From Dehalococcoidia bacterium (GTDB lineage: Bacteria; Chloroflexota; Dehalococcoidia; Lucifugimonadales; CATOSD01): DNA of 64,000 nucleotides. The position numbers were made by a program, and so were the translations under genes. The notes beneath the pieces are model-generated. The model searched no databases. It was not told where the DNA came from and saw nothing but the letters and a program-made list of their open reading frames with translations. Below are positions 18,972-28,858 of the stretch, piece after piece. Every line of letters begins with the position of its first letter. Positions within the stretch are counted from its first letter, which is position 1. Where the stretch lies: the NCBI GenBank assembly GCA_965204815.1, contig OZ242014.1, positions 3,213,747 to 3,277,746 of the forward strand. The letters are read 5' to 3'.

Positions 18972-20140
18972 GCCAGCACCTGCATGCTGTAGCGCGACTC
19001 CAGCAGGTCGCCCCGCTCGAACCGCCCCAGGTTGAGCATGGATATGTCCACACTCGACGCCTGGCCCTGCGTGATGAGCTCCGACATCACCACGCCAATC
19101 ATCGGCGACAGCTTGAAGCCGTGGCCGCTGAATCCGACGGCGAGATACAGTCCCTCGATTCCGTCCACGCTGTCCAGCACCGGGTGCCAGTCGGGGGTGA
19201 TGGTGAACAGCCCCGACCAGCCGCCGCGGAACAGCGCCTGGGACATTCCGGGCATTCTCTTCACGATGGCCTGGAACGTCCTCTCCACGTCCGGCATGTC
19301 GACGCCCTGGTTGTACTCGTCCGGGCCTACGCTCTCCTGCTCGCCCACTCCCACCAGCGTCAGGTTGCCCGCATCCGGCCTGGCCGAGAAGTCGTTCACC
19401 ACGTCGCCCATGATGGGATGCTCGGGGACGACGTCCTGGGGGCGGCGCAGCATGACCACCTGGTGGCGCACTGTGTCGAGCGGGACGTCCACGCCGACGT
19501 CAGACAGGAAGGGTCGCGACCAGGGGCCGGTGGCGACAACCGCGATGGGCGTCTCCACCCTGCCGTCCTGGGTGAGTACGGCGGTGACGCGCCCGCCGGT
19601 CACCTCTATGCCGGTGACGGGCGACTCGGTCTGCACGCGAGCGCCCATCTCGCGGGCGCGGCGGGCGTAGCCGGTGGTGACGGAGTAGGGGTCGGCGTAG
19701 CCTGACTGCGGCTCGTAGGCGAACACCTCGTCGCCCTGCGGCTCCATCATGGGCGCAATGTCTCGCACTTCCTCCACGCCGACGACGCTGGCGTCTATGC
19801 CGATGGCGCGCTGCATGGCGACGTTCTCTTCCAGCGCCCGCCTGTCCGCGCTGTCGACGATGATGAAGTAGCCGGTGCGGACGTAGCCGGACGGGCTGCC
19901 CACGATGTCCTCGAAGTCACGGAAGATGCGCAGGCTGTCCCACGCCATGCGCGCGGTAACCTCGTTGGAGTAGTGCATCCGCAGGATCGCCTGGGAGCGG
20001 TTCGTGGAGCCGGACGCGAGGACGTCCCTCTCTAGTAGCAGCGTATCGGTCAAGCCGCGCTCGGCGAGATTGTAGAGGATGCTGCAACCCATCACGCCGC
20101 CGCCAACTATCACAGCTTCCGCGGTCGTCGGTAGTGTCAT
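18968..20140 (-). CDS. FAD-dependent oxidoreductase (DAO/sarcosine oxidase beta-like)
   Basis: VIVGGGVMG, ATGPWS, TPDWHP, GFSGHGFK. Confidence 0.9.
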   Translation of the reverse strand: MTLPTTAEAVIVGGGVMGCSILYNLAERGLTDTLLLERDVLASGSTNRSQAILRMHYSNEVTARMAWDSLRIFRDFEDIVGSPSGYVRTGYFIIVDSADRRALEENVAMQRAIGIDASVVGVEEVRDIAPMMEPQGDEVFAYEPQSGYADPYSVTTGYARRAREMGARVQTESPVTGIEVTGGRVTAVLTQDGRVETPIAVVATGPWSRPFLSDVGVDVPLDTVRHQVVMLRRPQDVVPEHPIMGDVVNDFSARPDAGNLTLVGVGEQESVGPDEYNQGVDMPDVERTFQAIVKRMPGMSQALFRGGWSGLFTITPDWHPVLDSVDGIEGLYLAVGFSGHGFKLSPMIGVVMSELITQGQASSVDISMLNLGRFERGDLLESRYSMQVLA

Positions 20141-20391
20141 GCCGTTCACCTTCTGGCGCCGGCGCGGGGTTGTGCTCCGCGCCGGGACTGGAGTTGGGCG
20201 GGCCCTCGGGTGCGGGACCGCGCCGTGGCTTTACTCTCGCAGAAGTCGGGGCGCGGGGCAAGCCATTTGCCCCTTGTTGGGGCGCTGTATAGAATACATA
20301 GGCTCATTGCGAAACCCAGACCGGGCCTGCCACGGCCTCCGGCCCGCGGCAAATCCCAGAGCCCACAGCGTCGCCGACAAGAGACCTGCCC

Positions 20392-22044
20392 TTGATCACG
20401 TTCCACCCTGCGCTCATAGCCGTATTCGCCTTGTACTTCACCGCCCTGATCGTCATCGCGGTTGTGGGCGCGAGACGGATGCACCGGATGTCCGACTACG
20501 TACTGGGCGGGCGGCGCATGGGCAGCATCACGACCGCGCTCAGCGCAAGCTCTTCGAACACCAGCGGCTGGACGATGCTGGTGCTTCCCGCGCTCGCCTT
20601 CGCGGAGGGCTCGGTGCACGTCTGGACCATCGTCTCTTTGGTAGTCGGCTTCTGGCTGACCTGGACCTTTATGGGCAAGCGGCTGAGACGCTACACCATC
20701 GAGCTGAACGCGCTGACCATCCCGGAGTTCCTGGAGAGGCGCTTCGACGACCGGACGGGCGTGCTGCGCGGCCTGGCCGCCGCCCTCACCATCATCTTCA
20801 TCATGTTCTACGTCAACTCGGGGCTCATCGCCGGCGCCAAGTTGCTACAGACGGTGTTCGACACCAACCACTTCACGGGCGTCGTCATAACCCTGATAGC
20901 CGTGGCGTCCTATACGTTCATCAGCGGCTTCCTCGCCGTATCGCGCACCGACGTGTTCCAGTCGCTCATCATGCTCGCCGGCTTCATCATCCTGCCGCTG
21001 TGGCTCATATCCGTGACCGACTCGCCCTTCCAGGGACTGGGCGAGACCACCGCCATCGTTGGCGACGTGACCGAGACAGGCGCAGGCATCGTGTCGCTCT
21101 GGCACACGATGGTAACGGACCCCTCGGCCGAGTTCGGCAGTCTTGACCGGATCACCGGCTTCCTCAGTCCCTTCACCCAGGCCGACGGCGCCTTGGTGTC
21201 GATACCCTTCCTCCTTGTGACTCTCGGCTGGGGGTTGGGGGCCTTCGGCTCTCAGCGAGTGCTCCAGCGCTTCATGGCCGTGGAGAGGGAAGAGAAGATA
21301 ACCACCAGCCGGAACGTAGGCACGATATGGATAGTGGCGATCTTCTCGTTCGGATTCCTGTTCGGGCTGGTGGCCCGGCCCGCGCTCGCCGAATTGGGTA
21401 TGCTGGACGCCGTATCAGACCCCGAGCTGGTCTACTTCGTCGTGGCCGAGGAGTTTTTCGTCCCGTTTGTGACCGGGCTGCTGCTGACCGCCGTGGTCGC
21501 GGCGGTGATGAGTACCGCGGACTCGCAGCTCCTCCTGGGCTCCGCCATCGCCACTGACGACCTGCCGTTGTTGAAGCGGCTCGCGCTGCGCCTCAGGCGG
21601 GCCTATCTGCTCGGCGCCGACGGGCAGGTGTGGCTTGGGCGGCTGATGCTGCTGCTGATAGGCGTCGTGGCGGCCGCGAGCGCGATAGTCGCGCCGGACT
21701 CGGTAGCCAGCCTGGTGGGGTTCGCCTGGGGAGGCATGGGTGCGGCGTTCGGCCCGGCGCTCATACTGGCGCTGTACTGGCGGCGGTTCAACTCCTGGGG
21801 CGCGCTGTCATCGATGGTGGCCGGTACGCTGGTCGCGCTGGTGTGGCAGATATGGGACGGCGGACCGCTGGGCCTGTTTGACATGGCCATAGCGTCGACG
21901 CCGGGCTTCATCGTGGCGACCGCCGTCGCGGTCGTGGTTACGCTGCTCACCTCCAAGCCGCACGAGAGCGTGACCGGCACCTTCGACCGGGTGACCGCTG
22001 ACGAATACCGGCCCTCGCCGGAAGCCGCTGTGGCAGCATCCTGA
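20392..22044 (+). CDS. putP: sodium:proline symporter (SSS family)
   Basis: DYVLGGR, ALSASSSNTSGW, GFLAVSRTDVFQ, AAVMSTADSQLL, AWGGMGAAFGP. Confidence 0.8.
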   Translation: MITFHPALIAVFALYFTALIVIAVVGARRMHRMSDYVLGGRRMGSITTALSASSSNTSGWTMLVLPALAFAEGSVHVWTIVSLVVGFWLTWTFMGKRLRRYTIELNALTIPEFLERRFDDRTGVLRGLAAALTIIFIMFYVNSGLIAGAKLLQTVFDTNHFTGVVITLIAVASYTFISGFLAVSRTDVFQSLIMLAGFIILPLWLISVTDSPFQGLGETTAIVGDVTETGAGIVSLWHTMVTDPSAEFGSLDRITGFLSPFTQADGALVSIPFLLVTLGWGLGAFGSQRVLQRFMAVEREEKITTSRNVGTIWIVAIFSFGFLFGLVARPALAELGMLDAVSDPELVYFVVAEEFFVPFVTGLLLTAVVAAVMSTADSQLLLGSAIATDDLPLLKRLALRLRRAYLLGADGQVWLGRLMLLLIGVVAAASAIVAPDSVASLVGFAWGGMGAAFGPALILALYWRRFNSWGALSSMVAGTLVALVWQIWDGGPLGLFDMAIASTPGFIVATAVAVVVTLLTSKPHESVTGTFDRVTADEYRPSPEAAVAAS

Positions 22045-22093
22045 TTCCCAGCCGGCCATCCAGCACTTCGCATGAAAGCAACAACAGATCGAA

Positions 22094-23122
22094 TTGAGTA
22101 GCACACTGCCCGCCAGACAGGCCGCCTGGCTGCTCCTCCTCGTCGTGGCGCTTCTCGCCGGATGCGGCGACCGGGCGCGTGATGCCGGAGGGCAGACCGA
22201 CTCGCTGGTAATATACGCCGCGCGCAACGAGAACCTGGTGGGCGAGCTGATAGAGCAGTTCAGCGAGACCACCGGCATCGAGACGCTAGTAAAGTACGGC
22301 AGCACCTCTGAGATAGCCTCCACGCTCAACGAGGAGGGCGCAAACAGCCCCGCCGACGTTTTCTACACCCGGGATCCCGGCGGACTGCTGGCGGTCTCCG
22401 AGCTGCTCTCTCCCCTCCCCGACGACGTTCTCGACAGCGTGCCGGAGTGGGCGCGCTCCGACGGCGGCAATTGGGTCGGCGTATCCGCCCGCGCACGCGT
22501 CGTGGTGTACAACACCGACAGGCTGGCGGAGAGCGAGCTGCCCCAGTCCATCGAGGACTTCACGAAGCCGGAGTGGAAAGGGCGCGTCGGCTGGTCTCCC
22601 ACGAGCGGCCCCACGCAGACGATGGTGACCGCCATGCGAATTCTCTGGGGCGAGGAGCGGACGCGGCGCTGGCTGGAGGGCATCAGGAGCAACGAGGCGA
22701 CTGCCTACGCCAACCACACAGCGACCGTTGCGGGCGTGGGAGCGGGCGAGGTGGACGTGGGCCTGGTGAACCACTACTACCTGCTGAGGTTCCTGGAGGA
22801 GCAGGGGGAGTCGTTCCCGGCGCGCAACTACCACCTGCCACACGACGGGCCGGGCAACCTGCTGATAGTGGTGGGCGTCGGGATTCTGGAGACGGCGCCG
22901 AACCGCGCCAACGCGGAACGCTTCCTGCGCTTCCTGCTGTCCGAGGAGGCGCAGCGCTACCTGACCGACCGCGCCTACGACTACCCGCTGGCCGACGGCA
23001 CCGCGCCCAACGCCGTGCTGACGCCGCTCGACCAGATACGCCGCCCGAACGTGGAGCAGACCCAGCTAGGCGACGTGCACCCCACCGAGCGCCTGATGCG
23101 CGAGGTGGGCGTGATTCCGTAG
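22094..23122 (+). CDS. Fe3+ ABC transporter substrate-binding lipoprotein (FutA/FbpA-like)
   Basis: Lipobox LAGC, EGANSPADVF, SARARVVVYN, LVNHYY. Confidence 0.87.
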   Translation: MSSTLPARQAAWLLLLVVALLAGCGDRARDAGGQTDSLVIYAARNENLVGELIEQFSETTGIETLVKYGSTSEIASTLNEEGANSPADVFYTRDPGGLLAVSELLSPLPDDVLDSVPEWARSDGGNWVGVSARARVVVYNTDRLAESELPQSIEDFTKPEWKGRVGWSPTSGPTQTMVTAMRILWGEERTRRWLEGIRSNEATAYANHTATVAGVGAGEVDVGLVNHYYLLRFLEEQGESFPARNYHLPHDGPGNLLIVVGVGILETAPNRANAERFLRFLLSEEAQRYLTDRAYDYPLADGTAPNAVLTPLDQIRRPNVEQTQLGDVHPTERLMREVGVIP

Positions 23123-23165
23123 CCCTCCCCAAAAGGCGGGCGAATGTTCTATAATCTCAACACGT

Positions 23166-25604
23166 ATGAGATACGCAGAAGTCGCAGTCGACGCCCCCGC
23201 AGGCTTCGCTCGCACGTTCAGCTACTCCATACCGGAAGGACTCAGCGTGCGGCCGGGCCAGCTCGTCCGCGTGCCGTTCGGGGCGCAGCGGCTGCAGGGC
23301 ATGGTGTTCTCGCTCGAGGACACGCCCCAGGTGCCGCAGACCCGCGACATCCTGGCCGCCGCGAGCGACGAGCCTCTGCTGACGGGCGAGCAGCTCCGGC
23401 TCGCGACCTGGATCAGCGGCTACTACATGTGCCCGCTCCTGGACGCCGCCGCGCTGATGATGCCCCCCGGCCGGCGCGTGCGCTCGAGGGCCGTCCTGTC
23501 CCCAGGCGAGCACGCCGACGACGAAGGCCTGTCCCTGACTCCCCTGCAGCAGCGCGTGCTGGACTACGTGCGCAGGCGGGGAGATGTCGCCGAGGGACGC
23601 CTGGCCGCCGCGCTTGGCGAGTCGGCCCGCGGATCCGCCGCGGCCCTGGCCCGCCGGGGTGTGCTGGAGCGTCGCACCGAGGAACGCCGACCCACCACGC
23701 GGCCCCTGCGGCGCAAGCGGCTGCGGATGATCGACGACGGCGGACAGGGCCTGCGCCGGTGGCTCGACGAGACAGAACGCAATGAGAGGCAGGCCGCTCT
23801 CGCACGTCGGCTGATCGCCGGCAGCGCGCCTCTGCTGCTCAGAGAGGCGAACGAGCGGTACGGCAGCTACGCCGTCAACAGGCTGGTCGCTACGGGCTGG
23901 GTGGAGAAGGAAGATGCGACGTTCGAGCGCGACCCCCTGGCCGGGAGGAGCTTTCAGACCGTCACGCCGCCCGTGCTCACGCCGGAACAGGAGAAGGTGG
24001 CGAGGGAGATTCGCGCCGTACTGGCGGACGAATCCGCGTCTCCCAGGTCCTTCCTGCTCCAGGGCGTGACCGGCAGCGGCAAGACCGAGGTCTACCTCGA
24101 CGCCGTAGAGGAGTGCAGCAGGCTGGGCAAGCGGGCCATCGCGCTGGTGCCGGAAATCGCGCTCACCCACCAGACCATCGATCGCTTCTCGGCCAGGTTC
24201 CCGGGGCGCGTCGCGGTGCTCCACAGCGGCCTCACGCCCGGCGAGCGATTCGACCAGTGGTGGGGCATCAGGCGCGGCGACTACGACGTGGTGATCGGCA
24301 CGCGCAGCGCGCTGTTCGCGCCCCAGCCGGACCTGGGGCTGGTGGTTATCGACGAGGAGCACGACTGGAACTACAAGGAGGGCAACGTCAACCCCCGCTA
24401 CCACGCACGCGACGTGGCCATGAAGCTGTGCGAGCTGAGCGGCGCGGCGCTGGTGATGGGCAGCGCGACCCCGGACGTGGGCACCTACTACATGGGCCGG
24501 CGCGGTCCCATCGGCTTGCGGCATCTTCCCCACAGGGTCCGCTCCGGATCCGCCACGTCGCACACCGAGCGTGCGCCGCTCGCTCGCGTCGCGGTGGTGG
24601 ACATGAAGGAGGAGCTTAGGGCTGGCAACCGGGGCATGTTCAGCCGTGGACTTGCACGGGCCATCGAGCGCAACCTGGCGTCGGGCGAGCAGACCATCCT
24701 GTTTCTCAACCGGCGCGGCGCGGCGGCGTTCAGGCAGTGCCGCAGGTGCGGATTCAGCCTGCGCTGCCGGCGTTGCGACGTGTCGCTCGCCTACCACACC
24801 AACCTCGACAGGCTGCTGTGCCACCACTGCGGCTACCGGCGCAGGGCGCCCCAGAAGTGCCCGAGCTGCCTCAGCTTCCAGCTTGCCTACTACGGCTTCG
24901 GCGTCCAGAGCGTGGAAGAGGAGGTCGGCCGCCTGTTCCCGGGCACCCGCGTCGCGCGATGGGACAGCGACGCGGTGAGCGGCGCGCGCGCCCACGCGCG
25001 GGTCGCCGAGAGTTTCGGGTCGGGCGAGGCCGACGTGCTGGTGGGCACGCAGATGGTCACAAAGGGGCTCCACTTCCCGTCCGTGACGCTGGTGGGGGTG
25101 GTGTCCGCCGACGTCGGCCTGAACGTGCCGGACTTCCGGGCGGGCGAGCGTGCCTTCCAGTTGCTGTGCCAGGTGGCCGGGCGCGCCGGACGGGGGGAGA
25201 ACCCCGGCACGGTGATTGTGCAGACCTACCAGCCGGACAACTACGCGGTGTCCGCCGCCGCCGCGCAGGACTACCAGCGCTTCTACCGCCAGGAGATGGC
25301 GCACCGCTACGCGCAGGCCAACCCGCCCTACACCAAGCTCATCAGGCTGGTCTACTCGCACCTCAACGCGCAGACCGCCGAGGGCGCGGCCCGCAGGTTC
25401 GCGCGCGCGCTCAGGGAGCAGCGCGAGGCGTGGGGTCTATCGGACGTGGATCTGCTGGGGCCGACGCCCGCCTACCCCGCGCGGGTGCGGGCGCGCTACC
25501 GGTGGCAGATGCTGCTGCGCGGTCCGGAGCCGCGCCGTCTGCTGGACACGGTAGCCGTCCCCAACGGCTGGACGGTGGACGTGGATCCGGCAACGCTGGC
25601 GTGA
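23166..25604 (+). CDS. priA: primosomal protein N' (replication restart helicase)
   Basis: GVTGSGKTEVY, LVPEIALT, IDEEHD, zinc-binding CxxC pairs, GTQMVTKG, PDFRAGER, QVAGRAGR. Confidence 0.97.
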   Translation: MRYAEVAVDAPAGFARTFSYSIPEGLSVRPGQLVRVPFGAQRLQGMVFSLEDTPQVPQTRDILAAASDEPLLTGEQLRLATWISGYYMCPLLDAAALMMPPGRRVRSRAVLSPGEHADDEGLSLTPLQQRVLDYVRRRGDVAEGRLAAALGESARGSAAALARRGVLERRTEERRPTTRPLRRKRLRMIDDGGQGLRRWLDETERNERQAALARRLIAGSAPLLLREANERYGSYAVNRLVATGWVEKEDATFERDPLAGRSFQTVTPPVLTPEQEKVAREIRAVLADESASPRSFLLQGVTGSGKTEVYLDAVEECSRLGKRAIALVPEIALTHQTIDRFSARFPGRVAVLHSGLTPGERFDQWWGIRRGDYDVVIGTRSALFAPQPDLGLVVIDEEHDWNYKEGNVNPRYHARDVAMKLCELSGAALVMGSATPDVGTYYMGRRGPIGLRHLPHRVRSGSATSHTERAPLARVAVVDMKEELRAGNRGMFSRGLARAIERNLASGEQTILFLNRRGAAAFRQCRRCGFSLRCRRCDVSLAYHTNLDRLLCHHCGYRRRAPQKCPSCLSFQLAYYGFGVQSVEEEVGRLFPGTRVARWDSDAVSGARAHARVAESFGSGEADVLVGTQMVTKGLHFPSVTLVGVVSADVGLNVPDFRAGERAFQLLCQVAGRAGRGENPGTVIVQTYQPDNYAVSAAAAQDYQRFYRQEMAHRYAQANPPYTKLIRLVYSHLNAQTAEGAARRFARALREQREAWGLSDVDLLGPTPAYPARVRARYRWQMLLRGPEPRRLLDTVAVPNGWTVDVDPATLA
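25523..25604 (+). repeat. priA 3' end, direct repeat copy 1 (functional)
   Basis: 82 bp recurring at 31857-31938; its last 41 bp recur at 26229-26269. Confidence 0.95.
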
Positions 25605-25658
25605 GGGGCCGGCTCTGAACTGTTGCCACCCCGCCACTTCTATGGCGCGTAAACTCGC

Positions 25659-25669
25659 CATACGGTATG
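25659..25669. promoter_or_regulatory. palindrome CATACGGTATG, possible antitoxin operator
   Basis: Inverted repeat between TCGCCA and TATGAT just upstream of the AbrB-type gene. Confidence 0.4.
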
Positions 25670-25703
25670 ATATTTCTATGATGATATTCATACGAGGTAA
25701 GTC

Positions 25704-25919
25704 ATGCGCATATCCGAACGCGGACAAATCACCATCCCCAAGCGATTCAGAGACCGCTTCGGCATGAACAAGGACGTAGAGGTCGAAATCACGCCCACCG
25801 AACACGGCCTGCTCATCCAAAAGCGATCGGCGGCGCAGCATCCGGTCGAGAAGATTAGTGGAATCCTGGATGGGGCTGTGGACGTTGACCAGTACATCGA
25901 AGAGATTCGGGGAAGATGA
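25704..25919 (+). CDS. AbrB/MazE/SpoVT family antitoxin
   Basis: MRISERGQITIPKRFRDRFGM. Confidence 0.9.
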   Translation: MRISERGQITIPKRFRDRFGMNKDVEVEITPTEHGLLIQKRSAAQHPVEKISGILDGAVDVDQYIEEIRGR

Positions 25920-26107
25920 TCACGTCGGTTGATACCAATGTCCTGTTGGATGTCTTCGTCTCGACCGCACCGCACCACTCTCAATCGCAGAAATGGCTGA
26001 TAGACGCCTACGACAGAGGAGCCATACTTGTCTGCGACGTCGTATACGCGGAGCTTGTTCCGGCGTTTGGAGACCGCACGTCGCTGGACAACGCGCTAGC
26101 GCAGTGA
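25916..26107 (+). pseudogene. truncated PIN/VapC toxin
   Basis: MITSVDTNVLLD...VVYAEL then a stop at 63 aa; C-terminal half of the PIN domain absent; ATGA overlap with the antitoxin. Confidence 0.82.
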
Positions 26108-26156
26108 GATCGACCGAACGGCCTGCAATCGAAACATAGCGCCGCCACACACTCCG

Positions 26157-26228
26157 CGCCGCACGACCGCGGCTTCATGCTGGCGGATGTGGTGTTCGAC
26201 GTGGCCGCACGTTCAACGGCAAGAGCTT
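26157..26228 (+). repeat. displaced copy of an internal 5' fragment of the class IV aminotransferase gene
   Basis: Matches 32097-32169 with three substitutions and a 1-bp deletion. Confidence 0.92.
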
Positions 26229-26269
26229 ACGGCTGGACGGTGGACGTGCATCCGGCGACGCTGGCGTAG
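26229..26269 (+). repeat. priA 3' end, partial copy 2
   Basis: ACGGCTGGACGGTGGACGTGCATCCGGCGACGCTGGCGTAG. Confidence 0.92.
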
Positions 26270-26304
26270 AGCGGAGGATGACAGGCGGTGGGTGATTCGC
26301 TAAC

Positions 26305-28850
26305 ATGCCCACCATGAACGAGGCAACGGCGCGCATAAAGATCAATCGTCTGCTGGAAAAGGCGGGCTGGCGCTTCTTCCCGGAAGGAGACAGCCCCGCC
26401 AACGTCCAGCTCGAGGCGGGCGTCGCGCTCAAGCAGTCAGACCTCGACTCGCTCGGCGACGATTTCGAGAAGACCGGTAAAGGGTTCGTTGACTACCTTC
26501 TGCTGGATGAGAAGGGATTTCCCCTCGTCGTGCTGGAGGCCAAGTCCGAAGAGAAGCAGCCCCTCGCCGGCAAAGAGCAGGCCCGCAAGTACGCCCGCTC
26601 CCAGAACTGCCGCTTCATCATCCTCTCGAATGGCAACCTGCACTATTTCTGGGACCTGGAGCGGGCAATCCCAGCGTCATTACCGCTCTTCCAACGCCGC
26701 ACTCCGTAGCCGGTTACAGCAAGGCCCAGCCCAACCCAAATCGCCTCATAGACGAGCAGGTCCGGGACGACTACGTTGTCCTCACTCAGCGTCCCAACTA
26801 TGCCTCGACAGCGGCGTGGAAAAACGAGGCTGAGCGGGATGGCTTCGTCCGTGCCAACGGTCTCCGCTTTCTGCGTGGCTACCAGCTCCGGGCGATTCAC
26901 GCTCTGCAGCAGGCCGTCAAGGACGGCAGCGACCGCTTTCTGTTCGAGATGGCGACCGGCACGGGCAAGACACTCACCTCCGCGGCCGTCATCAAGCTGT
27001 TCCTGCGGTCCGGCAACGCCTCACGGGTACTGTTCCTCGTCGATCGCCTTGAGCTCGAAGAGCAAGCCCGGAAGGTGTTCACCGCCCTGCTCTCCGCCGA
27101 CTACCAGACCGTCGTCTACAAGGAGCGGCGTGACGACTGGCGTACCGCCGAGATAGTTGTCAGCACCGTCCAGTCTCTTCTCTTCAACAACAAATACCAG
27201 TCCCTGTTCTCGCCGACCGACTTCGATCTCGTGATTTCGGACGAGGCGCATCGCTCCATCAGCGGCAACTCCCGCGCGGTGTTCAACTACTTCGTTGGCT
27301 ACAAGCTCGGCCTCACCGCCACCCCGAAAGACTATCTCAGGGGCGTAGATAAGAAAGGCGCAAACGTCCACGATCCGCGCGAGGCCGAACGGCGGCTGCT
27401 GCTGGACACCTATCACACGTTCGGCTGCGAGAGCGGACAACCCACGTTCCGATATTCGTTAGTGGACGGCGTAAAGGACGGGTATCTCATCAATCCCACA
27501 GTGGTCGATGCCCGTACCGAAGTGACCACGCAGTTGCTCGCGGACGACGGCTTTATTGTTTCGGTCGCCGATGACACCGGTGAAGAGCATGAGGAGAGCT
27601 ACAAACAGCGCGAGTTCGAGAAACGGTTCTTCTCCGATGCCACCAACCAGGTCTTCTGCAAGACCTTCCTCGAGAACGCGCTGCGCGACCCCGTGAGTGC
27701 CGAGATAGGCAAGTCCATCATCTTCGCAGTGAGCCAGAACCACGCCGCCCGGCTGACGCAGACCCTCAACGAAATAGCCGACGTCATGTATCCTGACAAG
27801 TACCAGTCCGACTTCGCGGTGCAAGTCACGTCCCAGGTGGCGGACGCCCAGCAGTTCACCATCAACTTCGCCAACAACAACCTGATGGGCTCGCGCAACT
27901 TCCTCGATTCCTACCGCACCAGCAAGGCGCGCGTGTGCGTAACCGTCGGCATGATGACCACCGGCTACGACTGCACCGACATCCTCAATCTCGGTATGTT
28001 CCGGCCCATCTTCTCGCCCACCGACTTCGTCCAGATAAAGGGACGCGGCACTCGCACACACACCTTCACCGAGCAGATCGAGGGCGATTCGCTCGCCGAA
28101 GATGTGACTCAGCCCGAGAAGACCGCCTTCAAACTGTTCGACTTCTTCGGCAACTGCGAATTCTTCGAGACGGAGTTCGACTACGACGAGGAGATCAAGC
28201 TGCCGCGGCCCCAGCCCGGCAACGGCGAGCCAGGAGTGAACGGCGGAACCGGCCCGACTGTGTACGTTTCCTATGAGCACCTGGGCACTGACATCCTGGC
28301 CACAATTCAGGAAGAGGCCATAGGTCCCGAAGGGATGAAGATTGACAGGATGTTCTTTGACCGGTTCGCGGACACCGTCCGGGCCATCGAGACCGTCAGG
28401 AAGGCGGTTGAAGCGGGCAACTGGGACCTGGTGATCGATTACGTGAACCGCGAAGTGTTCGACAAACCGGAGGACTACTACACGCTGCCCAAGCTGCGAA
28501 AAGCCGTGTCAATAGACCGTCGCCTTACCTTGCGCGAGATTCTCGAAAAGGTCTTCAATTTAATCCCCGCCTTTAAGTCAAAGGATGAATTGCTGGAAGA
28601 GGAATTCGAGAAATTCGTGGTTCGACATACCCCCAGAAGGGCCAATTCCATCCCTGCCATCAAGACCTTCTTCAAGGCCTACGTCACCGACGGCTACGTT
28701 CGGGAGATCATCGACAAAAGGCAACTCGCCAGATTAGCCACCAACCCGTCATTCTCTATGTACGACTTCCGTGCCGTGCCACGGCGGTATCATAAACTCG
28801 TCCCCGAGTACATTAAGGACTACGTCTCGCTGAACCAGTTCGCCCCGTAA
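26305..28850 (+). pseudogene. hsdR: Type I restriction endonuclease subunit R, frameshifted
   Basis: N-terminal nuclease (VDYLL...LEAK), Walker A MATGTGKT, DEAHRS, QIKGRGTR. Adding one G to the GGG at 26663-26665 joins both ORFs into one frame (DLERGNPSVIT...). Could be a sequencing error. Confidence 0.85.
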
Positions 28851-28858
28851 GGGAAGTC

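Noticed and set aside
23157-25361. Long antisense ORFs (e.g. 734 aa here, 933 aa at 48564-51365, 485 aa at 1789-3246)
   Set aside because: Shadows of real genes caused by high-GC codon bias; no motifs
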